From Eubacteriales bacterium (lineage in GTDB: Bacteria; Bacillota; Clostridia; Oscillospirales; CAG-272): a DNA stretch of 64,000 nucleotides. The notes beneath the pieces are model-generated. The model saw nothing but the letters and a program-made list of their open reading frames with translations, did not search any database and was not told the DNA's origin. This document shows, in pieces, positions 20,676 to 29,953 of this stretch. Position 1 is the stretch's first letter. Each line of letters begins with the position of its first letter. The stretch lies in the NCBI GenBank assembly GCA_045544955.1, contig JAZPZY010000046.1, forward strand, positions 128-64,127. Reading direction: 5' to 3'. Position numbers and translations under genes: made by a program.

Positions 20676-21128
20676 ATGAAAAAAATCAGAATTCTTGCTT
20701 TGGCAGTTGCTCTGCTGATGCTGTCCGCTTGTGTAGTCGGATGCACGAAAGTTGAAAAAGTTACGGTTAACGCAGTCGTAACTGTTGTTGATGGTGAAGA
20801 AAACATCCTTGGCCCTGTTAACGTTGCCGTTGAATCTACTGCTGACGTTCCGGTAACCGTTCTTATGGCTCTTACCACTGCTCTTGACAATAACGAGATT
20901 GTTTACACCTGCACTGAAGACCAGCTCTCCATCTCTTCCATCGCTGACCGCGGTGACAAGAATGAGGACGGAATGGAGTACTTCTGGGAATACACCATCA
21001 ACGGTGAAGAAGTTGAAACCGGTCGCGCAGGCACCAACACCTTTGAGGAAGGTGCGCAGATCGTATTTACGTATGTTTCTGAGTCTACCGAAGATCTTGC
21101 AAAGGCCGACGAAGAAGGCGACGAATAA
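20676..21128 (+). CDS. Acidic lipoprotein with DUF4430 (transcobalamin C-terminal-like beta-grasp) domain
   Basis: GGAGG SD, lipobox LSAC/VVGC, ISSI...YFWEYTING...AG......G.QIVFTY pattern. Confidence 0.7.
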   Translation: MKKIRILALAVALLMLSACVVGCTKVEKVTVNAVVTVVDGEENILGPVNVAVESTADVPVTVLMALTTALDNNEIVYTCTEDQLSISSIADRGDKNEDGMEYFWEYTINGEEVETGRAGTNTFEEGAQIVFTYVSESTEDLAKADEEGDE

Positions 21129-21141
21129 TTTTAAGCACAAG

Positions 21142-21175
21142 AAAAGTCCGATGCATTTACGTGCACCGGACTTTT
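21142..21175. terminator. Intrinsic terminator hairpin 1 between convergent genes
   Basis: AAAAGTCCGATGCA-loop-TGCACCGGACTTTT. Confidence 0.7.
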
Positions 21176-21191
21176 AACACTTTTTACATAG

Positions 21192-21225
21192 AAAAGAGGT
21201 GCCGTATGTACGGCACCTCTTTTTT
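21192..21225. terminator. Bidirectional intrinsic terminator hairpin 2
   Basis: AAAAGAGGTGCCGT-loop-ACGGCACCTCTTTTTT. Confidence 0.8.
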
Positions 21226-21233
21226 GCAGGATT

Positions 21234-22598
21234 TTATTTTGATTTTGCAAGCTCGTCGATTAGCTCGTGTGCTGCGGCGACAATTGCATCGTCTACCGTG
21301 CATTTGTAATTGGAGGCACGGGATTCGTATCCGCCGGCGTCATAGGCGACCTTTGTGGGGAAATAGCCAGCAGCACCGTTTATTAAAGCGCAGGGCATGA
21401 CCAGGGGGAATTTGTCAGTGTCCTTTATTCTCACGCCGATCTCGGTAAAGGGTTCTCCGGGGATGCCGATCATAGCGACGTCACCAATGCGTACGCCGGT
21501 GATGTTCACATGGGATTCCGTGGGGCCGTTTTCCAGTCTGCAAATACGGTATGCCTCCGCTACTACCGTAGTCAGTTCCATGCCGGTGTAGGGAATCAGA
21601 TCGTCACGACCCATGTCGTGATATTTTTTGTATTCACGCGCTAGCGGAAGCTGATCCGTCGTAGGTACATTCATCGGCAGTGCCATTGATTTTTTGATGA
21701 TGTCAATGGTGTCCACGTCCACGTAGTTCACTTTATCGTATACCTGAAGCACTGTACCTGCAAGAGCACGGCCAATGAAACGAGCCATGCCGGGACTCTT
21801 CATTTCATTATCAAAGCTGATCTCTGTGTCATTCATATCGCCGCCGGTGGGGTGAACGTTGGTACTGCCCACATCTCCCTCTGCACCGTTGAAGAAAATG
21901 CACTTGGTGCCGTCCAGTGCCTTTTCCAGTGTTCTCCGCATCCAACCTGGCCAGTCGGAGGAGATCAGATCGCCGTTTATCGTGTCACCGTGCAGACCGT
22001 AGTTGACAAGCACCAGAGAATCCGCTCCCTCCCTGTCAAAACGGAGAACATGTACGCGCTGATCCAGCGTTCCGATGGGATGATCGATATTGGGGTCATC
22101 AACGGGCGGGCAGGTCTGGGCGGAACCGTCTTTCATTTTGTAAAGGCGGATGTACGCCACGCGATCCGGTGCATAGCCGGTTATGTACCCCATTTTTGTT
22201 GGACGCAGATCGTTCAGTGCCAGTTTTACGGCATCTGCAATGCGTTCCGATAAGAAAGCACAGTAGGCGGTAATCTGTTCTTCATCGCATGCAAACGTAG
22301 TGGGGGTGAGAGCCGGTCCGGTATGGGTGTGCGTGGAAGAAATAAAGATGCAGTTTTTATCAATGCCGGTTCGGGCTTCAATCTTATCACATAATTGATT
22401 TGCGAATGACTCTCTCATATGAAGGGTGTCAACAGAAATGAGTGCGATCTTCTTGTCATCAACGGAGAGAACGAGAGCCGATGCTGTCAGATCGTCTAAA
22501 TAACCGCTGGCGTATCTGGCCACATAATAGCCTCCTACTGCGATTCCAAGGGGCGGATTGATGTTCACAGTGGCATAGCCGGTTTGAAATTGTGTCAT
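21234..22598 (-). CDS. Neutral/alkaline ceramidase-like metallohydrolase, copy 1
   Basis: STHTHTGP, NYGLH, ISSDWPG, FFNGAEGD, IPGEPF, GYFPT...Y..GGYE family motifs. Confidence 0.8.
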   Translation of the reverse strand: MTQFQTGYATVNINPPLGIAVGGYYVARYASGYLDDLTASALVLSVDDKKIALISVDTLHMRESFANQLCDKIEARTGIDKNCIFISSTHTHTGPALTPTTFACDEEQITAYCAFLSERIADAVKLALNDLRPTKMGYITGYAPDRVAYIRLYKMKDGSAQTCPPVDDPNIDHPIGTLDQRVHVLRFDREGADSLVLVNYGLHGDTINGDLISSDWPGWMRRTLEKALDGTKCIFFNGAEGDVGSTNVHPTGGDMNDTEISFDNEMKSPGMARFIGRALAGTVLQVYDKVNYVDVDTIDIIKKSMALPMNVPTTDQLPLAREYKKYHDMGRDDLIPYTGMELTTVVAEAYRICRLENGPTESHVNITGVRIGDVAMIGIPGEPFTEIGVRIKDTDKFPLVMPCALINGAAGYFPTKVAYDAGGYESRASNYKCTVDDAIVAAAHELIDELAKSK

Positions 22599-22640
22599 GA
22601 TAAATTTCCTTTGCTGTAAATATATTGGTTGGACGATTTG

Positions 22641-22669
22641 AGTATATCACAGACGATGCAAAAAGTCAA
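22641..22669 (-). promoter_or_regulatory. SigmaA promoter of ceramidase-like copy 1
   Basis: TTGACT-17 bp-(TGTGA)TATACT. Confidence 0.75.
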
Positions 22670-22694
22670 TAATTACTGCCTCGTTTGTTTGTTG

Positions 22695-24062
22695 TTATTT
22701 TTCGCTTGTAAGCTGATGGATCAGCTCTTGAGCCGCATTCACAATGGCGTCTCCTACCGTGTGTTTGTAATTGGAAGAGCGTGCTTCGTATCCGCCGGCA
22801 TCATAGGCGTCTTTGGTGGGGAAGTACCCGGCGTATCCGTTCACCAGAGCACAGGGCATGATCAAGGGCAGCTCATCGGATTCCTTTATTCTTACGCCGA
22901 GCTCGGTAAAAGGCTCACCGGGAATACCGATCATGGCTACGTCACCAATGCGGACACCGGTCATGTCCACAGGAGATTCCGCCGGCCCGTTTTCAAGACT
23001 GCAGATGCGATATGCTTCTGCTACTACGGTGGTAAGCTCCATACCGGTGTAGGGAATCAGATCATCCCGTCCCATGTCGTGATACTTTTTGTACTCACGG
23101 GCCAGCGGCAGCTGATCCGGCGTCGGTATGTTCATGGGAAGCGCGACCGTCTTTTTCATGATTTCGATAGTGTCTACGTCCACGTAGTTCACTTTGTCAT
23201 ATACCTGAAGCACAGTACCGGCGATGGCACGTCCGATAAAGCGGGCCATGCCGGGACTTTTCATTTCATTGTCAAAACTGATCTCCGTATCGTTCATGTC
23301 ACCACCGGTGGGATGAACGTTGGTACTGCCAACGTCGCCCTCCGCACCGTTGAAGAAGATGCACTTTGTGCCGTCCAGTGCTTTTTCCAGTGTTCTTTTC
23401 ATCCAGCCCGGCCAGTCGGAGGAGATCATCTCACCGTTTACGGTGTCTGCGTGCAGTCCGTAGTTCACAAGCACAAGGGAATCCGTGCCTTCTCTGTCAA
23501 ACCGGACGATGTGCACACGCTGATCCAGCGTGCCGATCGGGTGATCGATGTTCGGATCATTCACCGGTGGACAGGTCTGAGTGGAGCCGTCTTTCATTTT
23601 GTAAAGGCGAATGTACGCTACTCGGTCCGGTGCGTATCCTGTTATGTATCCCATCTTTGTGGGACGCAGATCGTTCAATGCCAGACTCACCGCATCTGCA
23701 ATACGATTGAGAAAGAAATCAAGGTAACTGTCAATCTGTTCTGCGTCTGCGTCAAAATAGTCCGGCTTCAGGAGGTGCGGACCAGTATGCGTATGCGTGC
23801 AAGAAATGAAAATACTGTCCCGATCAAATCCGGTGCTTTCTGCAATTCGGTCACAGATCATTTGGGTGAGTGGATCCGGCATTTCACAGATATCGGCAGA
23901 GAGTAGCAGGATTTTCTTGCATTCCAGTGAAAGAACAAGAGCGGAGACCGTGAGATCATCGAGAAAGCCTTTCGCGTATCTTGGGACGTAGTATCCGCTT
24001 ACAGCGATACCGAGGGGCGGGTTGATATTCACAGCGGCGTAGCCGGTCTGAAACGTTTTCAT
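22695..24062 (-). CDS. Neutral/alkaline ceramidase-like metallohydrolase, copy 2 (tandem paralog)
   Basis: Same motifs as copy 1; central region nearly identical in protein sequence. Confidence 0.8.
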   Translation of the reverse strand: MKTFQTGYAAVNINPPLGIAVSGYYVPRYAKGFLDDLTVSALVLSLECKKILLLSADICEMPDPLTQMICDRIAESTGFDRDSIFISCTHTHTGPHLLKPDYFDADAEQIDSYLDFFLNRIADAVSLALNDLRPTKMGYITGYAPDRVAYIRLYKMKDGSTQTCPPVNDPNIDHPIGTLDQRVHIVRFDREGTDSLVLVNYGLHADTVNGEMISSDWPGWMKRTLEKALDGTKCIFFNGAEGDVGSTNVHPTGGDMNDTEISFDNEMKSPGMARFIGRAIAGTVLQVYDKVNYVDVDTIEIMKKTVALPMNIPTPDQLPLAREYKKYHDMGRDDLIPYTGMELTTVVAEAYRICSLENGPAESPVDMTGVRIGDVAMIGIPGEPFTELGVRIKESDELPLIMPCALVNGYAGYFPTKDAYDAGGYEARSSNYKHTVGDAIVNAAQELIHQLTSEK

Positions 24063-24104
24063 AGCATATCCTCGTTTTACAGAAATTTATTTGCCTGTGA
24101 TTTG

Positions 24105-24133
24105 AGTATATCACACTCGCTGAAAATAGTCAA
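24105..24133 (-). promoter_or_regulatory. SigmaA promoter of ceramidase-like copy 2
   Basis: TTGACT-17 bp-(TGTGA)TATACT; same boxes as the copy 1 promoter. Confidence 0.75.
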
Positions 24134-24162
24134 TAACTTCGACACAAATGAGCCCGTTTCCT

Positions 24163-24206
24163 TGATAAAAGATACCTGCAGATTTTTCTGCAGGTATCTT
24201 TTATCA
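24163..24206. terminator. 20-bp perfect hairpin terminator overlapping the LysM-GH18 stop codon
   Basis: TGATAAAAGATACCTGCAGA-TTTT-TCTGCAGGTATCTTTTATCA. Confidence 0.8.
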
Positions 24207-25508
24207 GTATAACTTTTCTACGGAATAAAGTGCATTCAGCACGAGCCACAACTGCGGGAAGTACTTCATGATCTGCCAGATACTGCCACCTCTTAATCCG
24301 TATTCATCTAGCAATCGGAGCTTTGCATCAACGCTGCGTGCGTCCTCAAACCAAACCTCGTGTTCCACATTTTGGTTGGCAGCTGTATCAAATTCGTTAT
24401 AGGTAAAGTACGGCGTTTGGGCGGTATCGTCAAATCGAATCTCTGCATTTTTCTCCGCCGCAAGATGAACTGCTGCTACGTTTGACAGTGCCTGCGCCTT
24501 TGATTCTCCACGCACATACGGCAGCGTCCAGTTGTATGCGTAATTAGGAATACCGAGGAAAATTTTATCCGGCGGAATTTCGCTGACACCGTACTCGACC
24601 ACACGTCGTACGTATTCAATGGGGGCGATTGCCAGTGGAGGACCGTACGTATATCCCCATTCATACGTCATAAGTAAAACGAAGTCTGCCGCATTTCCGA
24701 CGGCGGGATAATTGTGTCCTTCGTAAAGAAGTCCTTTTTGTTCTGCGGACGTTTTCGGTGCAAGGGAGGTGAAAAGAATATAGCCCTCCGGCTCCAGCCG
24801 GGAACGGAGCTTTTCCAGAAAGACCGGATAAACGTCTTTATACTGGGCAGGTATATATTCAAAATCCACATCAAGACCACCGTATCCTTTTTGCCGGATG
24901 GTGGCAAGGGCGTTTTCGATCACTGTTTCCTGCAGTGCCGGATCGGCCATAAGCGAAGCAACCAGTTCGTTTGAAAAAGTGCCGTTTTCCGTCAGTGAAG
25001 TCAGCATCATGAGGGGAACCGTGTTGTATTCTTTGGCGATGCTGATCAGTTCGTCATCACCACCGACTGGCGGAATCAGTGAACCGTCGGGACGAAATCC
25101 GTAGGTGAAAATAGAGAGATACGTCAAATAGGGAAGCGTGGTGCGAAGGACGGATCTGTCTATGTACGGATAGGCATATCCGTTCACACGCAGTGTCCCA
25201 AGCGGCGGCATTTCGTACGAAATATTCAGAGTTTGCCCCGGATAGATATAAGACCGCCCCCGCAGTGCAGGATTGTTCTGCCACAGGCTGAGAATGGACA
25301 CGCCGTAGGCTTTTGCGATGGATTCCAGGGTATCACCGCCCCGCACAGTGTACGTAACGGTGGGATAGAGCAGTACAAGGGACTGACCTATCACCAGTTT
25401 TCCGGGATTCGTCAGGTCGTTGTCGATGATGATCCGTGTGGGCGTAGTGCCGTTTTTTTGTGCGATAGAGTATACGCTGTCACCCGGCTGTACGGTATAT
25501 AGAAGCAT
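24204..25508 (-). CDS. 2xLysM + GH18 spore cortex/germination hydrolase (YaaH/SleL-like)
   Basis: Two LysM repeats (YTVQPGDS, YTVRGGDT), GLDVDFEY, LMTYEWGY, HEVWFEDARS; ATG at 25508 after a G-rich SD. Confidence 0.9.
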   Translation of the reverse strand: MLLYTVQPGDSVYSIAQKNGTTPTRIIIDNDLTNPGKLVIGQSLVLLYPTVTYTVRGGDTLESIAKAYGVSILSLWQNNPALRGRSYIYPGQTLNISYEMPPLGTLRVNGYAYPYIDRSVLRTTLPYLTYLSIFTYGFRPDGSLIPPVGGDDELISIAKEYNTVPLMMLTSLTENGTFSNELVASLMADPALQETVIENALATIRQKGYGGLDVDFEYIPAQYKDVYPVFLEKLRSRLEPEGYILFTSLAPKTSAEQKGLLYEGHNYPAVGNAADFVLLMTYEWGYTYGPPLAIAPIEYVRRVVEYGVSEIPPDKIFLGIPNYAYNWTLPYVRGESKAQALSNVAAVHLAAEKNAEIRFDDTAQTPYFTYNEFDTAANQNVEHEVWFEDARSVDAKLRLLDEYGLRGGSIWQIMKYFPQLWLVLNALYSVEKLY

Positions 25509-25545
25509 CCGTAATCCCCCCCGTAGAGATGTTATTTTCATAATC

Positions 25546-25572
25546 AGCATATGTTCCTTTTTGAAATACGTT
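25546..25572 (-). promoter_or_regulatory. Possible mother-cell sigma (sigmaK/sigmaE-like) promoter
   Basis: AC-16 bp-CATATGCT (CATAnnnT) upstream of a spore hydrolase gene. Confidence 0.35.
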
Positions 25573-25681
25573 CATAACTGAATAAAATAAATCAATTTCC
25601 GCACAATACACATGATACGGTATATGCCGATAAAGCAATTCTATGCCGGAAACGGTGCGATAAGAACAAAGGAGTCAAACT

Positions 25682-26935
25682 ATGCGGATTAAAAATGTGA
25701 TCGGTCGTGAGATACTCGATTCCCGGGGCAATCCGACGGTGGAGGCAACGGTAATTTTGGAAAATGGAACCAGCGGTACTGCGTCCGTTCCGTCCGGCGC
25801 CTCTACCGGTACGTACGAGGCGGTGGAACTGCGTGACGGTGATAAAGAGCGTTACGGCGGAAAAGGGGTGCTGACGGCCGTACGAAATATGAATACGACA
25901 GTGCGGGATGCCATTTGCGGGAGAAGCGCTTCCTTTTGGACTGTCGATAAACTTCTTCGGAAACTGGACGGCACGGATAACAAAGGAAAACTGGGTGCAA
26001 ATGCGATTCTGGCGGTTTCAATAGCTTGTGCACGGGCCTCAGCACAGTCTCTTTCCTTGCCTCTGTATCGTTATCTCGGCGGAATGAACGGTGTCCGATT
26101 GCCAGTGCCTATGATGAACATTCTGAATGGCGGCGCTCACGCCGCCAATAATTTGGACGTTCAGGAGTTTATGATCGTCCCCGTGGGCTTTTCAACGTTT
26201 TCTGAAGCATTGCGTGCCGGTACGGAAATCTATCACGCATTGGGGGCACAGCTTCAAAGAAAAGGCAAAAACACAGCAGTAGGAGACGAGGGCGGCTTCG
26301 CACCGGATCTCGCTGACACCCGTGAAGCCATTGAAGTGATCATTGAGGCCATTCGCAACGCCGGTTATGATATGGATCGGGTGAAGATCGCACTGGATGT
26401 TGCCGCCAGCGAATGGGCGGAAAAGGATAAATACAAACTGCCGAAAGCCGGAAAAAACATGACTTCTGAAAAACTCGTTTCCGAATGGAAAGAGCTTGTT
26501 CACGAGTATCCGATCCTTTCTATCGAAGACGGTGTTGGGGAGCATGACGGTGCAGGGTGGCAAATGCTTACTCGCGTTCTTGGACAGCAGTGTATGCTGG
26601 TAGGTGACGATTATTTCGTCACCAATCCGGCAAGACTGAAGGCAGGGATCGAGGCGAAATCTGCCAATGCAATTCTGATAAAGCCGAATCAGATCGGCAC
26701 TCTGTCCGAAACAATGACCGTGATCCGAATGGCACAGAATGCAGGATACCGTACGGTAATATCACACCGTTCCGGAGAAACGGGGGATACCCTTATTGCG
26801 GATCTTGCCGTGGCCGTAAACGCAGGATTTATTAAAACCGGCGCACCCTGCCGGTATGAGCGAACGGCAAAATATAACCGGCTTCTGAAGATCGAGGATG
26901 AATTGGGTACGCACGGCATCTACGGAGAAAGATAG
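25682..26935 (+). CDS. eno: Enolase
   Basis: [59 protein letters not shown]. Confidence 0.97.
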   Translation: MRIKNVIGREILDSRGNPTVEATVILENGTSGTASVPSGASTGTYEAVELRDGDKERYGGKGVLTAVRNMNTTVRDAICGRSASFWTVDKLLRKLDGTDNKGKLGANAILAVSIACARASAQSLSLPLYRYLGGMNGVRLPVPMMNILNGGAHAANNLDVQEFMIVPVGFSTFSEALRAGTEIYHALGAQLQRKGKNTAVGDEGGFAPDLADTREAIEVIIEAIRNAGYDMDRVKIALDVAASEWAEKDKYKLPKAGKNMTSEKLVSEWKELVHEYPILSIEDGVGEHDGAGWQMLTRVLGQQCMLVGDDYFVTNPARLKAGIEAKSANAILIKPNQIGTLSETMTVIRMAQNAGYRTVISHRSGETGDTLIADLAVAVNAGFIKTGAPCRYERTAKYNRLLKIEDELGTHGIYGER

Positions 26936-26980
26936 TATATTATACAAAGCCGTAAAAAGGAAAATCAGTGAAAATTCCTC

Positions 26981-27009
26981 TTGCAATTTCTGTTAGAATA
27001 TGATATAAT
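26981..27009 (+). promoter_or_regulatory. SigmaA promoter of SRP RNA/dnaX
   Basis: TTGCAA-17 bp-TATAAT with extended -10 TG. Confidence 0.75.
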
Positions 27010-27036
27010 AACAAGCGATATATGCAAGCCGTAAAA

Positions 27037-27312
27037 TAAGGTCATACCAGCCGGGGGAGCAGCGGGTCCTTGTACCTGAAATCCGCTATAGCAGGGGTGG
27101 ATTCCTATTTTAAGGGCTGTGCCCGTGTGGTCTGCACTGTAGCAGTCTGTGTTGAGGAATGGGTCTTGCGCGATCGGCGGCTGTGAACCATGTCAGGTGG
27201 GGAACCAAGCAGCATTAAGCAGTTTAGCCGATGCGCCGCAAGGACGCCTGTTCTGAGCAGGCTTTACAGCGGCGCGTATGTGTGCAGTTCGATTTTTAGG
27301 TGTATGACCTTA
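27037..27312 (+). ncRNA. ffs: Large bacterial signal recognition particle RNA with Alu domain
   Basis: Alu-like GGGGAGCAGCGG..TGTACCTGAAATCCGCTATAGCAGGG; domain IV TGAACCATGTCAGGTGG-GGAA-CCAAGCAGCATTAAG; 5'/3' ends pair; directly upstream of dnaX. Confidence 0.93.
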
Positions 27313-27358
27313 CTTTGCGGCTTGCATTTATTCTATATTTCGAGAGGAGCACGTTTTC

Positions 27359-28933
27359 ATGTATCAGGCCTTATACAGAAAATACCGGCCGGCTGTGTTC
27401 GACGACGTTTGCGGACAGGATCATATTACTTCCGTTTTGAAATACCAGACGGCAAACGGACGTGTTTCTCACGCCTACCTTTTCTGCGGCTCACGGGGAA
27501 CGGGTAAAACCACTTGCGCTAAAATTCTGGCAAAGGCCGTAAACTGCGAGAATCCGCAAGATGGCAATCCCTGCTGTCAGTGTGCTTCGTGCCGCTCCAT
27601 TGATAACGCGAGTGCTACGGACGTTTTGGAGATGGACGCTGCGTCCAATAACGGCGTCGACTATATCCGCGACATACGGGACGAAGTTGCCTACACACCC
27701 GCTATGCTGAAGCGGCGTGTGTATATTATCGACGAGGTACATATGCTGTCTGCCAGCGCGTTTAACGCACTGCTTAAAACGCTGGAAGAGCCACCGGAGC
27801 ACGTTGTGTTTATTTTGGCCACGACGGAAATGCACAAACTGCCTAACACGATCGTCTCACGCTGTCAGCGTTTTGACTTCCGTCGGATTTCCATTCCCGT
27901 GCTGGCTGAGCGACTTGACTACGTGGCGGCGAAGGAACAGATACCATTGGAAAAGGAGGCCGCACAGCAAATTGCCCGTCAGGCACAGGGCGGTATGCGT
28001 GACGCTATCAACCTGTTTGAACTTTGCAGTGGCGGCGGTGCGGCTGTCACACTTTCACGTGTGGGAGAAGTGCTCGGCCTCAGCGGATACGATTTTCTTC
28101 ACAATGCGGCACTCCGGCTTGCGGCGGGTGACATGAAATCTTTGTTTCGTATTATCGCTGACGTTGTTTCTTCGTCCAAGGATATTTCTGTTTTCTGGCA
28201 GGAACTTACTTCTTTCTACCGGGATATGATGGTTGCTAAGTACGCGGACGAGCCAGCCTCCTATCTGGATCTTACGGAACAGGAAACGGCGCTTCTATTG
28301 GATGCCGTTACTAAATTTAATATAAAAACGCTGACATACCACTGTGGGATTCTAGATCAGGCTATGCAGAACATGCAGCGCTCCCCGCAGATGAAACGTA
28401 CCATTGCCGAGTTTGCCTTTATGCGGATGTGCGATCCTCTTCTGGATAACTCGCCTGAAGCACTGGCCGCGAGAATCGGCCAGCTTGAGGATCGGCTCGC
28501 TATGCTCGAGATCAGTGGCATTCCTTCCGCTCCGTCTTCTCATGAACCGCCGGTGCACGATACGGGCAATACAGTGCCTTCCGTGGTAAGTACGCCGGCA
28601 CCGTCTGAACCGGATGTGAACGGTGACGCAGAGTTTGATCCTGTGCCGGATATGAGTGAAGTTCTCGAAAAGTTGGGAAAGATCGACAAGCGGGCACAGA
28701 GTTTTCTTATCAATGCAAATATGCTCGTGTCAGCTGACGGAAAAAACGTGCGTATTCACACAGGTGACGATTTTTCCGCACGCATGCTGATGGATGAGAG
28801 TGCGAAAGCTGCGATTTCCCGTGCACTGGTTCTTTGCCGCGTTACGGCTGGAACGGTGGAGATCCAGGTTGTAACAGATAAAAAAAATGCTGCCATTGAT
28901 CCGGCAGCGGAAGACCTATATAAAAATTTATAA
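27359..28933 (+). CDS. dnaX: DNA polymerase III gamma/tau subunit
   Basis: YQALYRKYRP, GSRGTGKTT, Zn-binding Cys cluster, DEVHMLS, SRC. Confidence 0.97.
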   Translation: MYQALYRKYRPAVFDDVCGQDHITSVLKYQTANGRVSHAYLFCGSRGTGKTTCAKILAKAVNCENPQDGNPCCQCASCRSIDNASATDVLEMDAASNNGVDYIRDIRDEVAYTPAMLKRRVYIIDEVHMLSASAFNALLKTLEEPPEHVVFILATTEMHKLPNTIVSRCQRFDFRRISIPVLAERLDYVAAKEQIPLEKEAAQQIARQAQGGMRDAINLFELCSGGGAAVTLSRVGEVLGLSGYDFLHNAALRLAAGDMKSLFRIIADVVSSSKDISVFWQELTSFYRDMMVAKYADEPASYLDLTEQETALLLDAVTKFNIKTLTYHCGILDQAMQNMQRSPQMKRTIAEFAFMRMCDPLLDNSPEALAARIGQLEDRLAMLEISGIPSAPSSHEPPVHDTGNTVPSVVSTPAPSEPDVNGDAEFDPVPDMSEVLEKLGKIDKRAQSFLINANMLVSADGKNVRIHTGDDFSARMLMDESAKAAISRALVLCRVTAGTVEIQVVTDKKNAAIDPAAEDLYKNL

Positions 28934-28947
28934 CCATTTCGGAGGAA

Positions 28948-29310
28948 ATGAACATGAAAGCAAGACTCCCCAAGGGTATGGGCGGCGGTCCGCAGAATAT
29001 GCAGGGCATGCTTCGCCAGGCGCAGAAGATGCAGGAAGATATGGCTACACTCCAGGAAGAACTGGATTCCCGGGAGTATGAAGTGTCTGCAGGCGGCGGT
29101 GTGGTTACCGTAAAGATTACCGGTAAGCTTGAAATCAAATCCATTGACCTGAAGCCGGAAATCGTTGATCCCGACGACATTGAGACACTTTCTGATATCC
29201 TTGTTGCCGGCGTAAACGAGGCAATCAAGAAGGTGAACGAAACCAATAGCGAAGAGATGGCGAAGGTTACCGGCTCTATCAACATCCCCGGTATGCCAGG
29301 CATGTTTTGA
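28948..29310 (+). CDS. YbaB/EbfC nucleoid-associated protein
   Basis: QAQKMQ, AGGGVV.V.ITG, DPDDIETL.D; dnaX-ybaB-recR synteny. Confidence 0.93.
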   Translation: MNMKARLPKGMGGGPQNMQGMLRQAQKMQEDMATLQEELDSREYEVSAGGGVVTVKITGKLEIKSIDLKPEIVDPDDIETLSDILVAGVNEAIKKVNETNSEEMAKVTGSINIPGMPGMF

Positions 29311-29312
29311 GT

Positions 29313-29915
29313 ATGACGGAGTACATTGAACCCCTGCAGCGATTGGCGGATAAATTCCGCAAATTGGACGGTATCGGTGCCAAAACAGCCGTGCGGCTGG
29401 CATTCTGTGTTATGAATTTTTCGGAAGAAGAAGTGCGTGACTTTGCTGATGCACTGATTGCAGCCAAGACGGATATTTGCCTTTGCGAGCGTTGTCAGAA
29501 TATTACCACGGAGACTCTATGCTCGGTATGCCGTTCCGAGGACCGGGATGAGAGCGTGATCTGCGTGGTGGAAGATCCCCGTGCCGTGATTGCTATCGAG
29601 AAGATGCATGGCTACCGCGGCGTCTATCACGTTTTGCACGGTGCTATCTCTCCTATGCGTCGTATCGGACCGGATCAGCTGAAGATCCGGGAACTGATGG
29701 CACGTATCGAGGAAGGCGGCGTGGGTGAAGTAATCCTTGCCACCAATTCCACCGTAGAAGGAGAAGCGACCGCTATGTACCTCTCCCGGCAGATTGCTCC
29801 TTACGGGGTGAAGATCAGCCGCATTGCCAACGGCGTTCCCGTTGGCGGTGATCTGGAGTATACGGACGAGATCACCCTAAAGCGAGCTTTGGATGGCCGC
29901 TATGATATGAATTGA
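29313..29915 (+). CDS. recR: Recombination mediator RecR
   Basis: GIGAKTA HhH, C4 Zn finger, Toprim EVILATN..VEGEATA, GVPVGGDLEY. Confidence 0.97.
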   Translation: MTEYIEPLQRLADKFRKLDGIGAKTAVRLAFCVMNFSEEEVRDFADALIAAKTDICLCERCQNITTETLCSVCRSEDRDESVICVVEDPRAVIAIEKMHGYRGVYHVLHGAISPMRRIGPDQLKIRELMARIEEGGVGEVILATNSTVEGEATAMYLSRQIAPYGVKISRIANGVPVGGDLEYTDEITLKRALDGRYDMN

Positions 29916-29918
29916 CTG

Positions 29919-29953
29919 AAAAAACTGCTGCACACAGATGCAGCAGTTTTTTT
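29919..29953. terminator. Bidirectional intrinsic terminator
   Basis: AAAAAACTGCTGCA-loop-TGCAGCAGTTTTTTT between convergent recR and radC. Confidence 0.85.

Noticed and set aside
22629-23906. 425-aa antisense ORF over ceramidase-like copy 2
   Set aside because: Shadow ORF; the equivalent frame over copy 1 is much shorter, so it is not conserved.
27359-28933. Programmed frameshift in dnaX producing gamma/tau
   Set aside because: No A AAA AAG slippery site with a downstream hairpin at a suitable position; the only long A run is near the 3' end.
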